Virus record (IMG/VR): IMGVR_UViG_3300017963_000201 | Span: 80,960-144,959 of that record | Direction: 5' to 3' (one strand) | DNA from: a virus | DNA length: 64,000 bases | In this document: piece after piece, positions 61,110 through 64,000 of the stretch | Numbering within the stretch: the first letter of the stretch is position 1 | How the letters are laid out: every line of letters starts with the position of its first letter | Made by a program: the position numbers and the translations under genes | Notes under the pieces: model-generated | Databases searched by the model: none | Seen by the model: the letters and a program-made list of their open reading frames with translations, nothing else | Told to the model about the DNA's origin: nothing

Positions 61110-63617
61110 TCAATAAGGATCTTTCGGCGGCCTTCCATCGTTGAACCCGTGCTTAGGCCAAACGGCGTTGTAGGGCACGATTGCCCAGTTGGCTATGTAG
61201 CCATCGAAATGATCACTGTTACCAGGATCAGAGCCTATATACAAGTCACCAGCGCCATCCTGTATACCTGTCCCTGATCCTGTGGAACTATTCCAATCAT
61301 ACCAAGTAGAATTATTCACATTGTAATGATGTCCTGCCACAATCCCAGTGTTATCTGTGCATATTTCAACAAACTTCCAATCCCCAGCAGTCCAGTTTAT
61401 AGCCGTAGTGGCCAAATATTTTGCTTTATAATCACCCGCTGAATCATAAATATACACTTCTAATCTATTGCTATTTTCTCTTCTAACCCACCAAATATTG
61501 TTTGCGCCAGCCGTTGCGGAGGTTCTAACAAAATGATGTCTAGAACTATCGGTTGCGGACCAATCGTTGTACACCCATGCAGACCAACAGAATCCATTCT
61601 CCCACGCATACCCGTCTTCTTCTTGCACGTAGTCGGCAAGCGGGTTATGTACTTCTAAAGATCTGTCTGTGTACGTGACCGCTCCACCGCTTGCGGGAAC
61701 GTGAACCGGAGGTGTCCTGTAACTTGCCACCTTCACGTCAACCAGATCAAAAAAAGACTCTGATGCTTGCGCGCTTCTATCGCGGAAAAAAACATAATAA
61801 CTCTGTGTTGAGCCATCCCAAGATGCAGCGGCAACAGATCCACCATACCAAGTCCAAACATCCGTCAACGGTTGATTGGCTTTAAAAGTCAAAGCTGATA
61901 GATAACCAGTGCAAGCCACGCCAGAATATTGCGCGATATACAGATCCGTCAAAGTAGCAGTGCCTTTGGCTTTGATGTAACCATACATGTCTGATCCCAC
62001 ACCCACCGTTTGACAATCAGAGTGCCATGAGCAATATGACGTAGAACCAGTTTTAATGCACCTTGCGCTCGCATCGCCATGAACACTTTCGGCAAGATAG
62101 GCTGTTATACTCGCAGTTCCATCGCCAGCATATTCCGTCTCGGTCCAATTCGTAAAATTAGCTACACTCGGATCTCCCGTGTACGTCTCAAAAGAATTGT
62201 TTTCTATCAGCCCGCTGTATTGTTCGAAAGAAGCATATGAATTCCATTCAGCTTCGCATTTTCCTGCTGTGCCATCACGACATCTGTCTGTGCTGCAAGT
62301 GGCGTGACTGGTCGTGTTCGTGCAATCTGTTGAATATGTACCATCCAATCCATGATAACGAACGCCCGGATAGTATGGACTGATAAACTTCACCGCTTCT
62401 GTACCTGACAATGCCTTATCCCAATAGCAACACTTTTCAACCGTTACATTCGCAGCCGCATTTCCACCATACCTTGAAGCCACGTTCACCGAAGATGTAG
62501 AATCATTGATCTCCAATTCAGACAATGATTTGTTGTTCGACAAAAAATCAACATAAGCATATGACGTGCTTGCTTGGTGATACGAAAAAACTAGATCGCT
62601 TCTATTGCCATTAACCAACGAATTGTTCACAGCGAAAGCATCCGTTGCCGTGCCATCAGAAGAAACATAAACAAGCAACGCGCCACCGTTGTTTTGCAGA
62701 TCCCAGGCACGTTCATTGCCCGCAGTGTCGTGTTTCGAGATTATAGAATCACTGCTAGTAACGCTATGGGGGATCACAGAGCAAGCAACACTAAAATCAC
62801 CATTCGGATTGAACGTACCGTCGTTGGCTCTGTAAAGATAATCGTTCGACCCGTCAAAATATGCGCCCCTATTTTGTGTCGGTCCAGTTGAATTCTGTGA
62901 TTTGTACAAAGTATCTTTGTTGCCATATGCAGGATGATCCAACCCGTTAGCAACGGTCAATTCGTAGTTGCCGGGTTTCGATGTGATCTTTGACTTCAAC
63001 TCCGCGATCTCCACACCGTCAATGATCACATCGCCGTCGATGCAACCGATAGACACTTTGTAACTGCTTTTGTCAGCAGGACCAACGATAATATTGGCCG
63101 TGCCTTTGGCCCAACTTGTCGAGGTCGTGGTTGACGAATAAGTGAAAGCAGCGCCCCACGCATCAGTCGTGAAATTGTAGAATTCGGTGTTGCCTGCGTT
63201 CGAGACACTGACATCAACCGTGTCCGCACCGTCACCCAAAGACCAAAAAGAGATCTGGTATGTCTTGCCCGCTTCAAGGTCCATAGTGTAATGGACAACG
63301 GAATAATTTATAAGACCACCGCCCACTACATTCAACGAACTCGAACCGTCATATATCTGTGTCGTTTCTTGCGCGATAGCGCCAGTCCCTATCGACCCGT
63401 CAACCCAACCATCAGGAACGCCACCCGTCCAACCCTCGAAAGAACCAGTTCCTTGAAAGTGATCTCCCGTTGTTCCAGGATCGATCTCCCAACACGCTTT
63501 GAGCTTGTCGTGGGTGTAACAATCTCGCCTTGAATAATCAGCCGATCCATAGGGACCGTCCGCAAATGCGGACATCGAAAAAAACAAAACAAGGAAACCC
63601 AATATTGATCGTGTCAT
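61110..63617 (-). CDS. large carbohydrate-binding protein (two CBM-like + two LamG/concanavalin-like domains); start revised to MTRSI
   Basis: GSFE.W/NSFE.Y CBM starts, GAYFDGSNDY...FSV, FDGYIAN LamG motifs; hydrophobic signal-peptide-like N-terminus; visibly higher GC. Confidence 0.75.
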   Translation of the reverse strand: MTRSILGFLVLFFSMSAFADGPYGSADYSRRDCYTHDKLKACWEIDPGTTGDHFQGTGSFEGWTGGVPDGWVDGSIGTGAIAQETTQIYDGSSSLNVVGGGLINYSVVHYTMDLEAGKTYQISFWSLGDGADTVDVSVSNAGNTEFYNFTTDAWGAAFTYSSTTTSTSWAKGTANIIVGPADKSSYKVSIGCIDGDVIIDGVEIAELKSKITSKPGNYELTVANGLDHPAYGNKDTLYKSQNSTGPTQNRGAYFDGSNDYLYRANDGTFNPNGDFSVACSVIPHSVTSSDSIISKHDTAGNERAWDLQNNGGALLVYVSSDGTATDAFAVNNSLVNGNRSDLVFSYHQASTSYAYVDFLSNNKSLSELEINDSTSSVNVASRYGGNAAANVTVEKCCYWDKALSGTEAVKFISPYYPGVRYHGLDGTYSTDCTNTTSHATCSTDRCRDGTAGKCEAEWNSYASFEQYSGLIENNSFETYTGDPSVANFTNWTETEYAGDGTASITAYLAESVHGDASARCIKTGSTSYCSWHSDCQTVGVGSDMYGYIKAKGTATLTDLYIAQYSGVACTGYLSALTFKANQPLTDVWTWYGGSVAAASWDGSTQSYYVFFRDRSAQASESFFDLVDVKVASYRTPPVHVPASGGAVTYTDRSLEVHNPLADYVQEEDGYAWENGFCWSAWVYNDWSATDSSRHHFVRTSATAGANNIWWVRRENSNRLEVYIYDSAGDYKAKYLATTAINWTAGDWKFVEICTDNTGIVAGHHYNVNNSTWYDWNSSTGSGTGIQDGAGDLYIGSDPGNSDHFDGYIANWAIVPYNAVWPKHGFNDGRPPKDPY

Positions 63618-63627
63618 CAACTCACCT

Positions 63628-64000
63628 TCATGGCGTGATGTATTCACCGGGAATTATTTCTAGGTTCTTGATGTAGAAATCGGCGTCAACATCGCCAATA
63701 TATGTTTGTCCAATTCTGATCATAGCATCTGTAGTATCGAAATCAAAACTTCCAGAGCCACTAGTTGTAACAGATATATGTGTTCCATCAATGTACAATT
63801 CAGTATTTGCCCACGAAGAAAAATCTATAACAACCACATACAAATGCCATTCAGAATAATCAACAGGATTCGCAGCAGTATAAATTCTGTATTCTGTTGT
63901 TGAATCCGCATTAACCCTAACATTAAACTTTCCATCAGGTTCAGGTCCAAGTCTTAATCTATTTCTTGTATTGCTTGTCGTACCAGTATTGCCATTAATC
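63628..64000 (-). CDS. C-terminal part of a LamG-like protein (runs off window)
   Basis: ELYIDG...IRIGQ...DFYIKNLEI. Confidence 0.6.
   Translation of the reverse strand, partial: INGNTGTTSNTRNRLRLGPEPDGKFNVRVNADSTTEYRIYTAANPVDYSEWHLYVVVIDFSSWANTELYIDGTHISVTTSGSGSFDFDTTDAMIRIGQTYIGDVDADFYIKNLEIIPGEYITP

Noticed and set aside
1-64000. Genome-wide stop-codon reassignment
   Set aside because: TAG, TAA and TGA all end well-supported genes (capsid and terminase end in TAG), and premature stops involve all three codons.

Overview
This window is 64 kb of a large tailed dsDNA phage genome (Caudoviricetes) with dense, jumbo-phage-like gene content. A short plus-strand block (1-6.7 kb) holds a phosphoesterase, an SNF2 helicase, a broken adenine methyltransferase and a NADAR gene. 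It converges on a long minus-strand block (7.1-64 kb). That block contains the head module (neck-like protein, Arg-rich protamine-like protein, HK97-fold major capsid resembling the mycobacteriophage Bxz1 type, decoration protein, scaffold, prohead protease, portal, large terminase), about 20 kb of small accessory ORFs, rmlA/rmlD, membrane and lysis-like genes, and a LamG protein. Two things are not explained by ordinary annotation. (1) About 20 otherwise unrelated, mostly acidic proteins share a short basic-x-(A/S)Q tag. It appears at N-termini and as an internal linker, and also occurs in the scaffold and protease. The cluster includes an AcrIF11-like ADP-ribosyltransferase domain, which suggests a protease-processed, capsid-loaded effector cargo system. 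(2) A 400-bp intergenic region holds four tandem TTGACA-promoter / short non-coding RNA / intrinsic-terminator units. Also notable are a consensus sigma54 promoter followed by a structured RNA, a type IV prepilin-leader fusion, and several genes interrupted by single in-frame stops. No tRNA gene, CRISPR array, IS element or integrase was recognised. All family calls come from motifs read by eye and recalled from memory; no database search was run.
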